DNA from: Ascidiella aspersa
Lineage: Eukaryota
Assembly (NCBI GenBank): GCA_963924565.1
Contig: OZ004614.1
Span: 3,472,001-3,536,000 of the forward strand
Direction of reading: 5' to 3'
DNA length: 64,000 nucleotides
Both the position numbers and the translations under genes were made by a program. Positions 41,129-52,740 of the stretch are shown piece by piece (within the stretch, counting starts at the first letter, position 1; each line of letters begins with the position of its first letter). The notes beneath the pieces were generated by a model that had not been told where the DNA came from, made no database searches, and saw only the letters and a program-made list of their open reading frames with translations.

Positions 41129-41430
41129 CCTTTCTTGCTTTGTTTATTTGCGTTTTCCGATTTTTTTGACTTGGGTTATCTTGCTCTCTCCGGACTAAAA
41201 TATTGTGTATTAGTTCCTAAATATTTTTCATCATTTCTGTACTTAGATTGTTTCAAAAAATAAAGTTGAAATTTAAATAAATAGCATTCTTAATTGGGTT
41301 TACAATTTATTAGAAACAAATCTGATATACATATTAGTTGAATTTTTGGAAATGTATTTTGTGTTTGTAACTGTTTGTAATGTGCATAACCACAACTTTT
41401 TTTTTGCATTTTTCTAAAGCCATTTTGAGA

Positions 41431-44186
41431 ATGGAAGCTTTTGCAGAATTTAAGATTGACAGTTTTGAACCTTTGCAAGGTCTGAAGCGATCGCCGTGCC
41501 CGAAATGCCAAGCATCGCGAATGTATTTTTGCTACAACTGTTACGAGTATGTTGCCAATATTGAAAAAAGCAAACTCCCAGTGGTGAAGGTAGGTATTTA
41601 TTCTCATAAACAACACAGTACTTCTATTTAATTTGGAAACTTTTTTTTTAAATACTGGTTACAGAATTCTGAAAAAAAATTTTTTCATTTAAAATACAGT
41701 TTCTAAAATGCTGTAAAAATACATTAATTACTTTAAGTCCAAGTTTCCAAATGCTTTAAAGCATTTTCTTTAAAGCATGTTGATTTAAGGGTGAATTAAT
41801 CTCACCTTGTCTACATTAAACAATTTTTTTATTAATAAGTTTTTTAGCTAAAATTTATGCAACTCCCCTTTAAAACTTTTTTTACGAAACATCAACATGT
41901 TTTTTTATAATCACCTGTTGATTTTGCAATTAGCTCCCGATTCCTTTGGATATAATCAAGCATCCAAAAGAGCTAGATGGCAAAAGCACGGCCATCCACA
42001 GCAAACTAATTGCTCGTGACGATGTTCAAATCTTCACTTATCCAACTATTCCTGATTACTCAAAAGACAAGGTAAGATTGGTGTCATACCCTAAACCAAC
42101 CTTAGACAATTTTAATTATTATTATTTATGTGGTCATACATGAAAATAAAAGTTTTGCTAAATTAAAATAAATTTGAGTGACTGAATAAGGGGATATTAA
42201 ATTTGATGTTTTGATAAAAACTTAGATTTAAATAAAATTTTGCATTCGTCTAATATATAAAAAATAGCATTTAAAATTATTTTATATGGCTTGCCTTGGG
42301 CATCTGTTATTCATTCCTGGTTTCACTAAAAATATTGTGTTTTTTTTGAAAATGTTGCATTTTTTTAAATTGACATTGAAAAGACATTTTTTCAAATGCA
42401 TTAAGTTATAGGTTGTTTTGATTTGGAGTTAATGTAAACCTAAATATAATCAACAATTGTTTGCTTTAAAGACTATTTCTACTTTACTTAAACAAACACA
42501 AGTACATGAATCATTGATAAGCTGACAGTTTTAGTTCTCATTTTTTTTTAAAAAAACAATATTTTTAGGATGTGTTACTTGTATTTCCCGGTGAGACCGC
42601 CCACCCACTTCTGTATTATTCCAGAAACAAAAGTGACAAAAGTGTGACAGGAGAAAAGAGACCTCACACAGAAGACAACAAGTGAGTTTTAGAATTAAAA
42701 TTATTATTTTTTCAATTTATTTGACCATAAAAACGAAACAAAATTTAATTTATTATCATCTTAAAAAGTAAAAATGATTGTGAGGAATTCATGTCCCATA
42801 TTTGATCTCCCTAATTTGCCAAATGTTAAGCCTGCTGATCAGTGTTGTTTATTTAAAATAATTTAGGACCAGTCATTTGCATCAATGATTTAAGTTAAGG
42901 GTCTAAAAGTCATTATAACACTGCTGTTAACAGCAACTAAAAATTGTCAGATTAAAAATCAAAGAACATCATTAATGCTTTATAGATATTAAATGTTTTT
43001 TATATTTATTTCTAGTGACTTTAAGCCAGGGGAAGAAAATGGAGATTGTAAACCGCCACCAAATAAGGAAATACGTTTAGCGTTGAGAATTGACAATTTT
43101 GAGAATGATGACCTATTAAAAGGGAAGAAACAACACATGTAAGTTTTGTTTTGTAATTTTTTAGATTAGGAAATAGTTATTATAGACAAATTTTTCTCAA
43201 TAAATCTTCATATAAAAAATAGATAATTTGCCTCTCTAAATTTAAAAAATAGGTAATTAGACAAAGCTACCTTTAAAATTGTTTGCCTCGTTGAATTTAA
43301 GAAATAGTTAATTCGGATCTTTAAATTTAATAGGTAAGTTAAACTGGTTTAGATTTAATTTATTTCATATTACCTGACACTATATAATTAGTAACCCTTT
43401 TTACATTTAATTGTATTTTATTTCAATTTATGTTCATGTAATGAAATCTTGCATCCTTGATCTACTCAGGACTTAACTACTCGTGTTTTAATATATGTGG
43501 GTTTAAATAATGATGCTTGCCTGTTTTGCAGAGTGGAAAAACTACAACCCTCATTTAATCAAGAGCCAACATTTAAAAAGATTGTGCTTATTGACAGTAC
43601 ATGGAATCAAGTTCATCAGATTTCTAACGATGAAAGATTAAAAGGTTGCTTTTTATCACTGTAATAAAAAAACCTATTCCATAATTTACACACCATTTTA
43701 GATCTGTTTTTTGGCTTGTTGAAAGGCTTGTACCAAAAAGTGAACTGGTTTTATTTAAATTTTAATTGGTAAACTGAAATGCAAAAGTATTTTATGCTGT
43801 ACAATGTACAATTTTATATATGTTTGGTTCAAATATTTTTTCTGTAAAAACACACTTAAAGTTTTTTTCATCCCATCCTGTAGACATACTGAAACGACTT
43901 TTTATGCGAAAAAATTGCAAATTATTTATTTTCAGGAATGCGCAGAGTTGAATTAACGGAGCAAACTACAAAGTTTTGGCGAAAACAAAACAGTCTTCCA
44001 GACACATACCTGGCAACCATAGAAGCAATCCACTTATTTTACAGACAATATCACCAGCTATTTATCGGAACATATACAGGACAATACGACAACCTTCTGT
44101 TCTTTTTTAAATACTTTTATAACATGGTGAACGAAAATAAGGCAAAAAAACAGAAAATATTTAAAAACCTTAAGCACAATACTTGA
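41431..44186 (+). CDS. DTWD1: DTW domain protein 1 (tRNA-uridine aminocarboxypropyltransferase), ~298 aa
   Basis: Exons 41431-41589, 41934-42071, 42569-42681, 43016-43138, 43532-43644, 43936-44186. Motifs RSPCPKC..SRMYFCYNC, DIIKHPKELDGKSTAIH, IDSTWNQ (DxTW), TKFWRKQ...YLATIEAI and YDNLLFFF. Confidence 0.95.
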
Positions 44187-44261
44187 TTATGCTTCTTCAT
44201 GGCCATTTAAATAAAAAGTAGATTTCCTAAAAAATACAATTTTGGTTTGATTGGTGTAGTA

Positions 44262-44464
44262 AAGTATTTTCTATATTGGTCAGTTATATTGCGTATTTTT
44301 AACGGAGTAAAATAGGATACCAAGAGTTTATTACGTGTGGTGCCACATCCACTTAGTTGTTGAGTGTGTTAAGTATTTTCTATATTGGTCAGTTATATTC
44401 GGAATTTTTACCGTAGTAAAATAGGATACCAAGAGTTAATTGCCAGTGGTGCCACATCCACTTA
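44262..44464. repeat. ~109-bp tandem duplication between DTWD1 and AGPAT5
   Basis: AAGTATTTTCTATATTGGTCAGTTATATT...GTAAAATAGGATACCAAGAGTT...GTGGTGCCACATCCACTTA occurs twice. Confidence 0.85.
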
Positions 44465-44936
44465 TTTTTAGTGTATTACTTGGTCGTTTGTATTGGTAAT
44501 TAGTAATTAAATGCTTAATGTTGAAGACAAAGATATGCAAAATGTTTCAGATTAAAATATTGCAACACTCTTAACTAGGATTTGCAGTAAGCGGTAAGTC
44601 ATAGTGAACAACATTAGACGAACAAACCACTTAGTCTTCCAATAGACCAAAAAATACTATTCTCGTCGTAAAATGTTGGAAATTGTCCCATAGAATTCAA
44701 AACACGCAAGGATACAACATGGCGTCAAAATATGAAACCAACGCGTGAGATAACTCTTGGTTCTGCATGTGTCTGTGCATTGCAGAACGCTTTCGTCAGT
44801 TAATGGAATATTGATTTCGGATTTTAGTCCTTTAGCAAAAAGATGTTCTAGATTTAGAAGTAGCTAGACTGTTAAAGTACTAAATGTCGCGTTTTCAAGT
44901 TTAAAACATCAGCATACATCATTCCCAAGGCGAATC

Positions 44937-47900
44937 ATGGCCGTTCTTAGCGTGTTAAGAAAATGCGGGCGTCTTGTAATGGGAGCAGTTGCGGCTACGG
45001 TTATGTTTGCAAGTTCACCTGTGGTGCTAATACTTCACACTGGGTAAGTTTTATGTATGAGTGAAATAAAAGGTGTATTAATGCAATAGTATGTGACTAA
45101 CGTGGATTGTAGTGGTCTGGAGTTACTTTAAGTGATTGCTTTACTGTCTATAGCTCTGTTTTACGCCGTCATATAATTATTAAACCATAGAATTTTTTTT
45201 GATAGACGGTGTAGGATAAATCAATTGAATGATGTTTTTTTTAAGTGATAAAACATCGCTCAAAATTAATATGCTTTTATAGCCCAGTCTGTATCCTGGC
45301 TGCATTTTGCGGTAGGTGCACAACCGACAATTTTTTGAAGACATTTGTATACCACAAAAAATATTGGCTCACTAACGAGCCAAATTGGTATATATTAATG
45401 CATATTGGCTCAAAGTTACAACTTTGTACTCATTTTTGAGTACAAAATATTATGGCTCAATAGCACCCAAATTTTTTGGCTTATTTTGAGTCAGAATTTG
45501 GCTAAGAAGTGCGATAAAATGCAGACTGAAATTAACCTATGATTAGCCTTAATTACTGGACTTATGTTGACTATATCAGCTTAACACTTTTATAAAAGCT
45601 ATAAACTAAGTCAAAGTTTGAAGAATTTTGACGTACCTTGACCTGGATATGTGTATTGCAATTTGTCAACTATTTTTTGCAAAAATTAACTTCTTTTTTA
45701 GGTGGAGGGTATTTTCCATTGTTCTACCTCGACGGTTTTATTATTATGGAGATGATTTTCTTTGGGGAAGTTACCAGAAGTTGGTCGTATTTTGCTTTGA
45801 ACACTTAACAGGTCAGTTGAAATCATTAAATGGAAAGTGGCTTTATTTGTCCACGAAGTTAATTTAATACAAAATAATATCTAGTTTTAGCCAAGACATC
45901 ATTGGTAACCGAAATAAAACGGCTTATTTAGGATTATAGTACAAACAAGGCTAGAAAAACAAGTAGCCTGTGGTGAGGTTCGAACTTACAAAAACATCCG
46001 GGGCAGTTGCTCTACCAATTGAGCTACACACTTTCAAAGGGAGCGAGTCTAGAAACAACCATATAACTCTTGGCTACTGCATTCTGTTTATACAAAGAGC
46101 CTCAATTGAATGGGATCAACAGTCCATATTTAAAAGGGCCTGGTCACAGAATACACGTTGTGCATATAACTGTTTCAGTTGGTCAGAATTAACAGAGCAT
46201 TTGCAATTTCTAGATAACCTGCAATTTTTCAAATCATTTTTTGTTTCCAGGTGTCACCATTAATATTCACGGAGAAATACCTGCTGAAAAAGAAAACAAC
46301 ATTTTCATTTGCAACCACCAGTGTACCATGGATTGGATTATCACAGATATTCTAGCTGCAAGGTAAAACTAGACAGGTGTAGTGATGTCCAAATACTTAA
46401 GTTTTCCCCCCATACTGATATTGGTATGTTGGACAAAAGTCCATTCAATCAGATACAAAATGACGTCTTACTCTGCTCAAACGAGCACAATACATGATTA
46501 TGAAACATAGAAGTGAGTTCAGTTACCTATTGATTTTCCTTTTTAGGTGCTTTCAATGGGTAATTATATCTAAAATAATTAAAATAAATGATTAACACCG
46601 ATACCATCACTTGCATCTGGTATTGGCTCCGATCAATATTATTGGATACTATTATACCTATGAAGAATAGTTTACTGAAAACTCTTTTTAACATAGTTTG
46701 GTGGTCTGTATATATTTTAAAACATGCAGCACAGATGTACTTTTTCCGTAAAATGAGCCGGTACTTAGATTTGGAGCATAATGGTTGGAGGTTGTAGTAA
46801 TATGTAATAAGAATAACAAAGCCCATATAGAAGTAGGTAGCATTTTGAATGTTACAAATAACTCTTTCATTTGACTTCGGTATGGGTTTTGATCTTCTTA
46901 TTATGTCATTAACTCATTATTTAGGTCTTGTTAAAATTTATGCAAATTAAATCCTGTCAACAACTTTATATATATATTTAAAAAACTTTGATTTTTTACA
47001 AATCCTAAAACTTTTTTACAGGCAAGGTATGATCGGCAACCTGCGATACGTTTTTAAGAACGCGATTAAGTACCTTCCCCTCTATGGTTATGTGTTTGGG
47101 GTGCACGGCGGAGTTTTCGTGAAGAGAGATGGAAGTTACAATGAACGTAACATGAAGAGGGTGCTACAAAGACTCACGGATTGGTAAATCCTAAATGATT
47201 TTATTTTTTATTTTTTTGTTTTTTTAACAATTTTAGTTTTACAACAATTTTCTTTTATTTGGCCCATTTTTCAAGAACAAATTTACATTAGTTAAACTTA
47301 TTTTTTATCATTCATCATAAAAAAGTCCAAAACAAATACCTTTTTCCGTCGTAGATATGCAAATTTTATTCACAAATCTACTAAAAACTCAAACACAAAG
47401 TTTGTAATCTATGTTAAAGTTTTTTTGCTTAACAAACATTTAACCTGAAATAAAATTGAAATAATTAAACCTAAATCTTAACTTAGGTCCTTTGTTGGGC
47501 AATTTCTGCTTATCATATCTTAAACCCTGGTAAAATACCAAACTTAAGTACACATGAATGTGTTTGTTTACCAAGAAGCATATTTGTCATTCCAGCAAGG
47601 TCGACATGTATTTTGTGGTCTTTCCTGAAGGAACAAGATTCTCCTTAAAACGAAAGGGACTCTTGGCCAAAAGCCAAGCTTACGCCATTGAAAATGATCT
47701 ACGACCTTTAACACAGGTTAGACGTTTCAAATTTGTAGCAATTTGTTTTTAAATTTTTCTTAACCACAACTATATACAACATAGTAAAGTACGTTTTAGA
47801 AACCAGGCGATTTTTGTCACACAAGGCAATAAAACATTTTCTCAGGTTTTAACTCCACGGGTGAAAGCATTTCACTGCGCTCTGACGTCAATGAAGTCCT

Positions 47901-49040
47901 ACGTCAAAGCGGTTTATGACGTCACGATCATCTACGAATCGGCCGACCACCCTAAAGAAGGTGAGATCGATTGTCAGTCCGAGTTTAATCTGTGTTTTTG
48001 TTGCAGAAAAATGAACGCAATATACACGGGGAAAAAATGCCAAAAAGTTAGAGGAAAACAACGTCATTTGCTATCGGGCCGAGACACTTGCTCAAAATAT
48101 CGGGCATTTAGTATCGGAATAGTTTCGGACATTCAATACTTCTTTCTCAATCTAACTTTATTTAACATTTTCCCGAACACAGTAATGACGTCATTTAGTA
48201 TAGGACTGGATCGCGATACTTTTCCTTAAAATATCGGTTACGGAATCGAATTCAACTATCGGACATTTCCTGTTTCTCAATCTAACCTTATTTAACATTT
48301 TCCCGAACAGCCGGCCATTCAAAAAGTTCTTTATTAACGCGCAAATATAAATTCAATGAAATTTAAAGAATTAAAGGCTTTAGGACAACGGTGACATTAA
48401 TACCGGGTACACTACAGACCTTGTACTACTAAATGTCGGCAAACTATGAAGCAATAATACTAACTTATTCCATTTCCAAAAATTCCGGAAATTTTGCCAA
48501 AACTGTATGGTATACTTAATAAAGGAATTGTGAGCCTTGGTAAAATAATAATAAAAAGACATCCCCAGTTTCTCAATCTAACCTTACGTAACATTTCCCC
48601 TAACAGCCGGTAAGCGCAGCCCAGCACCAAACATGTGGCAGTTCCTAGTAAGCGACCGTCCTTCGCTCCATCTGTACTTCGAGCGCATTCCAATCCAATC
48701 AGTGGCCTCCTCGTCACAGCGCGCCACCATGCGGTGGTTGCACAACAGGTTCGCGCTCAAGGACGCCATCGTGTGTCGACATTTCGGCATCGAGCCTCAA
48801 TTCGAATCGAAGTCCAACATCGCTGGGGTTGTGACTCAAACAAAGGCCCAGTTTCGCGATCCGAAGTTTCCCGAACCCAAGGTTTCGCGCCTGCCCTTGA
48901 GCGCCACCTTGCCGCATGCTGCCTTCTATACAACGGCGTTGAGCGGAATGCTTTGGCATCCCGAAGGTAGACAGTGTTACCTTAGTACGCTGTTTGGAGG
49001 TGGCTTGCTGGCGGGATGCTACGCCAAGCTGTTTTTGTAG
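44937..49040 (+). CDS. AGPAT5: 1-acyl-sn-glycerol-3-phosphate acyltransferase epsilon, ~386 aa
   Basis: Exons 44937-45043, 45702-45811, 46251-46362, 47022-47183, 47596-47716, 47846-47960, 48607-49040. Acyltransferase motifs CNHQCTMDW, LRYVFK..LPLYGY..HGGVFVKR, VFPEGTR, VLTPRVKA and AVYDVTI. Confidence 0.92.
45921..46030 (-). mobile_element. tRNA-derived SINE in AGPAT5 intron 2
   Basis: Reverse complement is GTGTAGCTCAATTGGTAGAGC...GTTCGAACCTCACCACAGGCTACTTGTTTTTCTAGCCTTGTTTGTACTATAATCCTAAATAAGCC, the same family as 57544-57663. Confidence 0.75.
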
Positions 49041-50209
49041 CGTTTTTGTTGATTTTCTATTTATGTGTCTTGAAAGTTTGAGGATTGGTCGAACGACAAC
49101 GTCGTGTTTGTCAATATTTCGCCACACCGGCTTTGGTTTTAGCTTGCGAGTATTTTCTTTGGTGTGAAAACAAGTAAAAAAATAGGGTTACTTTAATCAT
49201 TAAATAACATTTCAAAACAAGGCAACTTAACGTATGACACCGTGAATACTGTAACTTCTTGTTTGCCTTCAAGTCTCATTTTTTACATAAAAATGTGACT
49301 AAGTTGATAAACATTTCATCCCAATGTTGTAAATAAGGAATTAAAATTATTTCCAGACAAAATATTTCAGATTCATTTTGCATATAAAACTGCGATTCGT
49401 TGCTGTATTTTTTTTAAATACATAGAGAAATAAAAGAATATATACCACAAACCTTACAATAAGGGACACAGAACTAACTAGTTTTAAAATTTCCTGCCTG
49501 CTTATTTGTAAAACAAATAGGTTATTCTTGACAGAGAAGTTCCACTCAATGTTGAACAGCAACTCACAGTTTTAGAGTACGAGCTGGAAAACTTGAAAAT
49601 CTTCCTTTTTAGCAGTGAATCGCACCCTCGTATATTTCCACTTGCAACTCAAAGTTCGGTTATATGCAATCTATCATTCGACTGATGTAGTACAATTTAT
49701 AAACATATCTTCTGTCTTTTGTTAATCTGTCTTGTGAAGACTTAATTTGTTTATGTTGTTATGAACTTTTCATTACAGAACTTATTTGATTTAACCTTTA
49801 TGCCGGAATTAAACTGGATTATTGTAAAGGGGCGTACCTACGATATGCCACGCCCACAAATGACGCACAATCTAATGCAAAGTATTTGTGGCATTTTTGT
49901 CAGTCGAATAATTGTGGTTTAAGTAACCGATAAATATACAATATTCGCTTGACCATTTACACTGACATAACGTCTTACGTCTTACGAAACATCTTTATGA
50001 GCAGAAGAACAGCTAACAAATTTTAACTTAAAGGTATTTTTTGTCGAAGCACCAACTCAGCAACTCCGTTACAACTCGTAATCGTACTTCGTGTTTTAAA
50101 ACGTTACGTTTCTGGGTGTTTTAAGTGTCCAGCATTACATATCACGTAACTGGTATCTAAATATGACAAAGCCTCGATCAATTTTAAGTTTTTAGTTTTG
50201 CCTGGATCG

Positions 50210-51450
50210 ATAAAAATGACATGTTAACAGAATTCGGTTGGCGCTAATACCTATTCCAAAGGAATTTAATTCATATTTATAGAAACAAAATTATTCAATG
50301 CGGTAATTTATGGGATTTTAAAGAAAACTATACTTGGCCTCGAGTTGCATAATCGGTTTCTTAATTCTATGAAATCAGGTACAAAATATATGAAATATCT
50401 AATTATATTATTAAAGAAGTAATTCTTATTGTCAGATTACGTGTGTTTGTTCGTTTGCACATCGCCTACTATATTAAGGCGTGGTGAATTTGGTGTTTTA
50501 CATTATTTCAATGCGCAAATATGTAGCAAATTACGGCTCTTATCCCCATTAAGTATAATGTCGCTTAACGTTTAAAGCTATATTATGTAAGTTGTCGTGT
50601 CGTACAATCGGTTGTTCTTATGCGCTGAAAATGACATGTGTCGACATAATTCGGTTGGCGGTGATACCTATTCCTAACAACCTTATTCATTATTATATGG
50701 AAAAAGGTATTTTAATCGGCTTTAAAGAAAAATATACTTAGCTTGAATCACGTAATCAGTTTCTTAATTCTACAAAACCAGGCACAAAATATATGAAATA
50801 TTTTTAAAGAAATTATGCTATTTGTCAGGTTACGTTTGTATAATGTACGTCCGTGTGCACAGCGCTTATGGTAGGGCTTTGTGAGTTTGGTGTTTAACAT
50901 TATTTCAATGCGCAAATATGTAGCAAATTACCACGCTTAGCCCCTTTTTTGCTTTTTTGCTATTATGTAAGTTGTCGTGTCTTGTATCGCGCTGCTACTT
51001 TTATTTTTACTATAAAAAAAATTTTACGATATCTCCGAAAAGCTCGCGTCAGCACAATTTGTAAACTTCGTACTGCGTTCTAGTTGTTGCGGTTCCAAAA
51101 AATACAAAACTTCATCTTTGATCTATATATTGGAAAAACTTTATGTGTTGAAAAAGTAGTGATTTTGGTGTTTTACATTATTTCAATGCGCAAATATGTA
51201 GCAAATTACGGCTCTTATCCCCTTTAAATTTGAGGGCGCTTAGCGTTTAAAGCTATTGTGTAAGTTGTCGTGTCCTACGATCTGTTGTTCCTTATGCTTG
51301 TATCGTGCTGCTACTTTTATTTTTACTAAAAAAAAACTTTTTTTTTGATACCTCCTATAAGCTCGCGTCAGCACAATTTGTCCCCAAACACAAACGTGTC
51401 GTTTCGAATGATACAAAAATGCAGTATTTACAAAATAGCGATGCAGATCG
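50210..51450. repeat. Degenerate mosaic tandem duplication
   Basis: TTTGGTGTTT(T)ACATTATTTCAATGCGCAAATATGTAGCAAATTAC at ~50489, 50886 and 51164; other blocks are shared pairwise (50212/50628; 51040/51359). Confidence 0.85.
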
Positions 51451-52235
51451 TTTTCGTGCTTCGATGTTTTTTAAATTTTGCTTCTCTTAATACAACAATA
51501 AAATTAACTTATTGCTTGGATGTAGTATCGTCTATAAACTGCAGCGTATAGTGGATATGACATTTTGAGGCAAAGCTATAGATAAATTGTAGAATTATAA
51601 AGCATAATTGTTAGGGGGTCTTTGAAGGCCTTATTAAAATCTTGTGTAATTTTAACTTCGAATTAAACAGCAAACAGGGTGCATTTGAATTGACGCACCT
51701 TACGGTATTTCGCTGCATCCGGAAACAAACAACTGTAATTTTCTTAGTAAACTTGTACTGTGTTCTAGTTGCGGTTCCGAAATAATGATCTGTCTTAAGT
51801 TTAAATAGTGGAAAAACGCCTGGCGCATTCTAATGTGTTTACACTCATTTCAGTTATAAGTTCGTGGGGTCGAAACCAGTAGGTTTCTTAAAGCTAGTTC
51901 TTTTATTAGCTATTAGTCTTATTTTGGTCATGTTTCGCACTGCGTTGTATTCCGACGACATGTTATTCTGATGTTGGCCGAGATACTGCTGGAGTCACTT
52001 TTAAAGTCGCTACAAAGGTATAGCTTACATTTCAGCTTCTAAACGGTGAATGTATATGGCCTTGAATTTAAGTTTAGGCTTGTAAGCAGTTTTAACTGAG
52101 GTACGAGCCGCAATGCCTAAAATTTTGCACCTTTTATGGATAATGGACACTACAAACTTAAATAATACACGCCATCTCAAAAGCTTTTTGTATGGCAATT
52201 GTATTGGCAAGTTTTATGGCAAACGAAAAATACCA

Positions 52236-52740
52236 CTATTGCATCGAAAGTAGGTGCCGCTCGGTGGCAGTAGAGAGTACGTGGAAGGCCTCAAACAGAT
52301 GACGAGGCAAGGTCAAACAGAGGTCATCGGGTACAGCGTTCCACGAGGTAGCTGAAGGGTTGACTGGAATGTAAACAAAAAAGACATGTGGTAGGCACGG
52401 CGATAAACGGCATATGGTAGCTAGAGGAAACCACTTGGTAAATATATGCTCAAGATATCGGTTGGTTGTCAAGGAGTGTATGCACTTCTACATAAGGTCG
52501 ATTGTGTTTGTTTTGATGCTTGGTTTATTGCCCTATTTTGGTGGTCCTTTGATGTTGAAGTGCAGCATGGGCTAAAATATAGGTCGATACTGTTTGTTTT
52601 GGGTGGCATATTTTATTGGCTGTTCGGCGGGATTTCGAACGGGAATGCTGAGACTTTGAAGTCACATTTTGGAACTGTACACCCTACAATTTTACGCAAC
52701 AATGCACCTCTGTTGTGAAGCACAAGAGATGGGAAAAATC
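52236..52740 (-). mobile_element. Possible decayed LINE 3' (ORF2 C-terminal) fragment
   Basis: GC-richer patch; minus-strand 'SATSWNAVPDDL..LPRHLF' resembles the 'WNxLP' motif at the end of CR1/L2-type ORF2. No long ORF remains. Confidence 0.3.

Noticed and set aside
14888-44186. Functional link between the tRNA-Thr genes and the tRNA-modifying DTWD1
   Set aside because: They are ~25 kb apart with unrelated genes between; nothing beyond coincidence.
48635-49127. Alternative-frame and antisense ORFs over the AGPAT5 last exon
   Set aside because: Shadow ORFs of a GC-rich coding exon.
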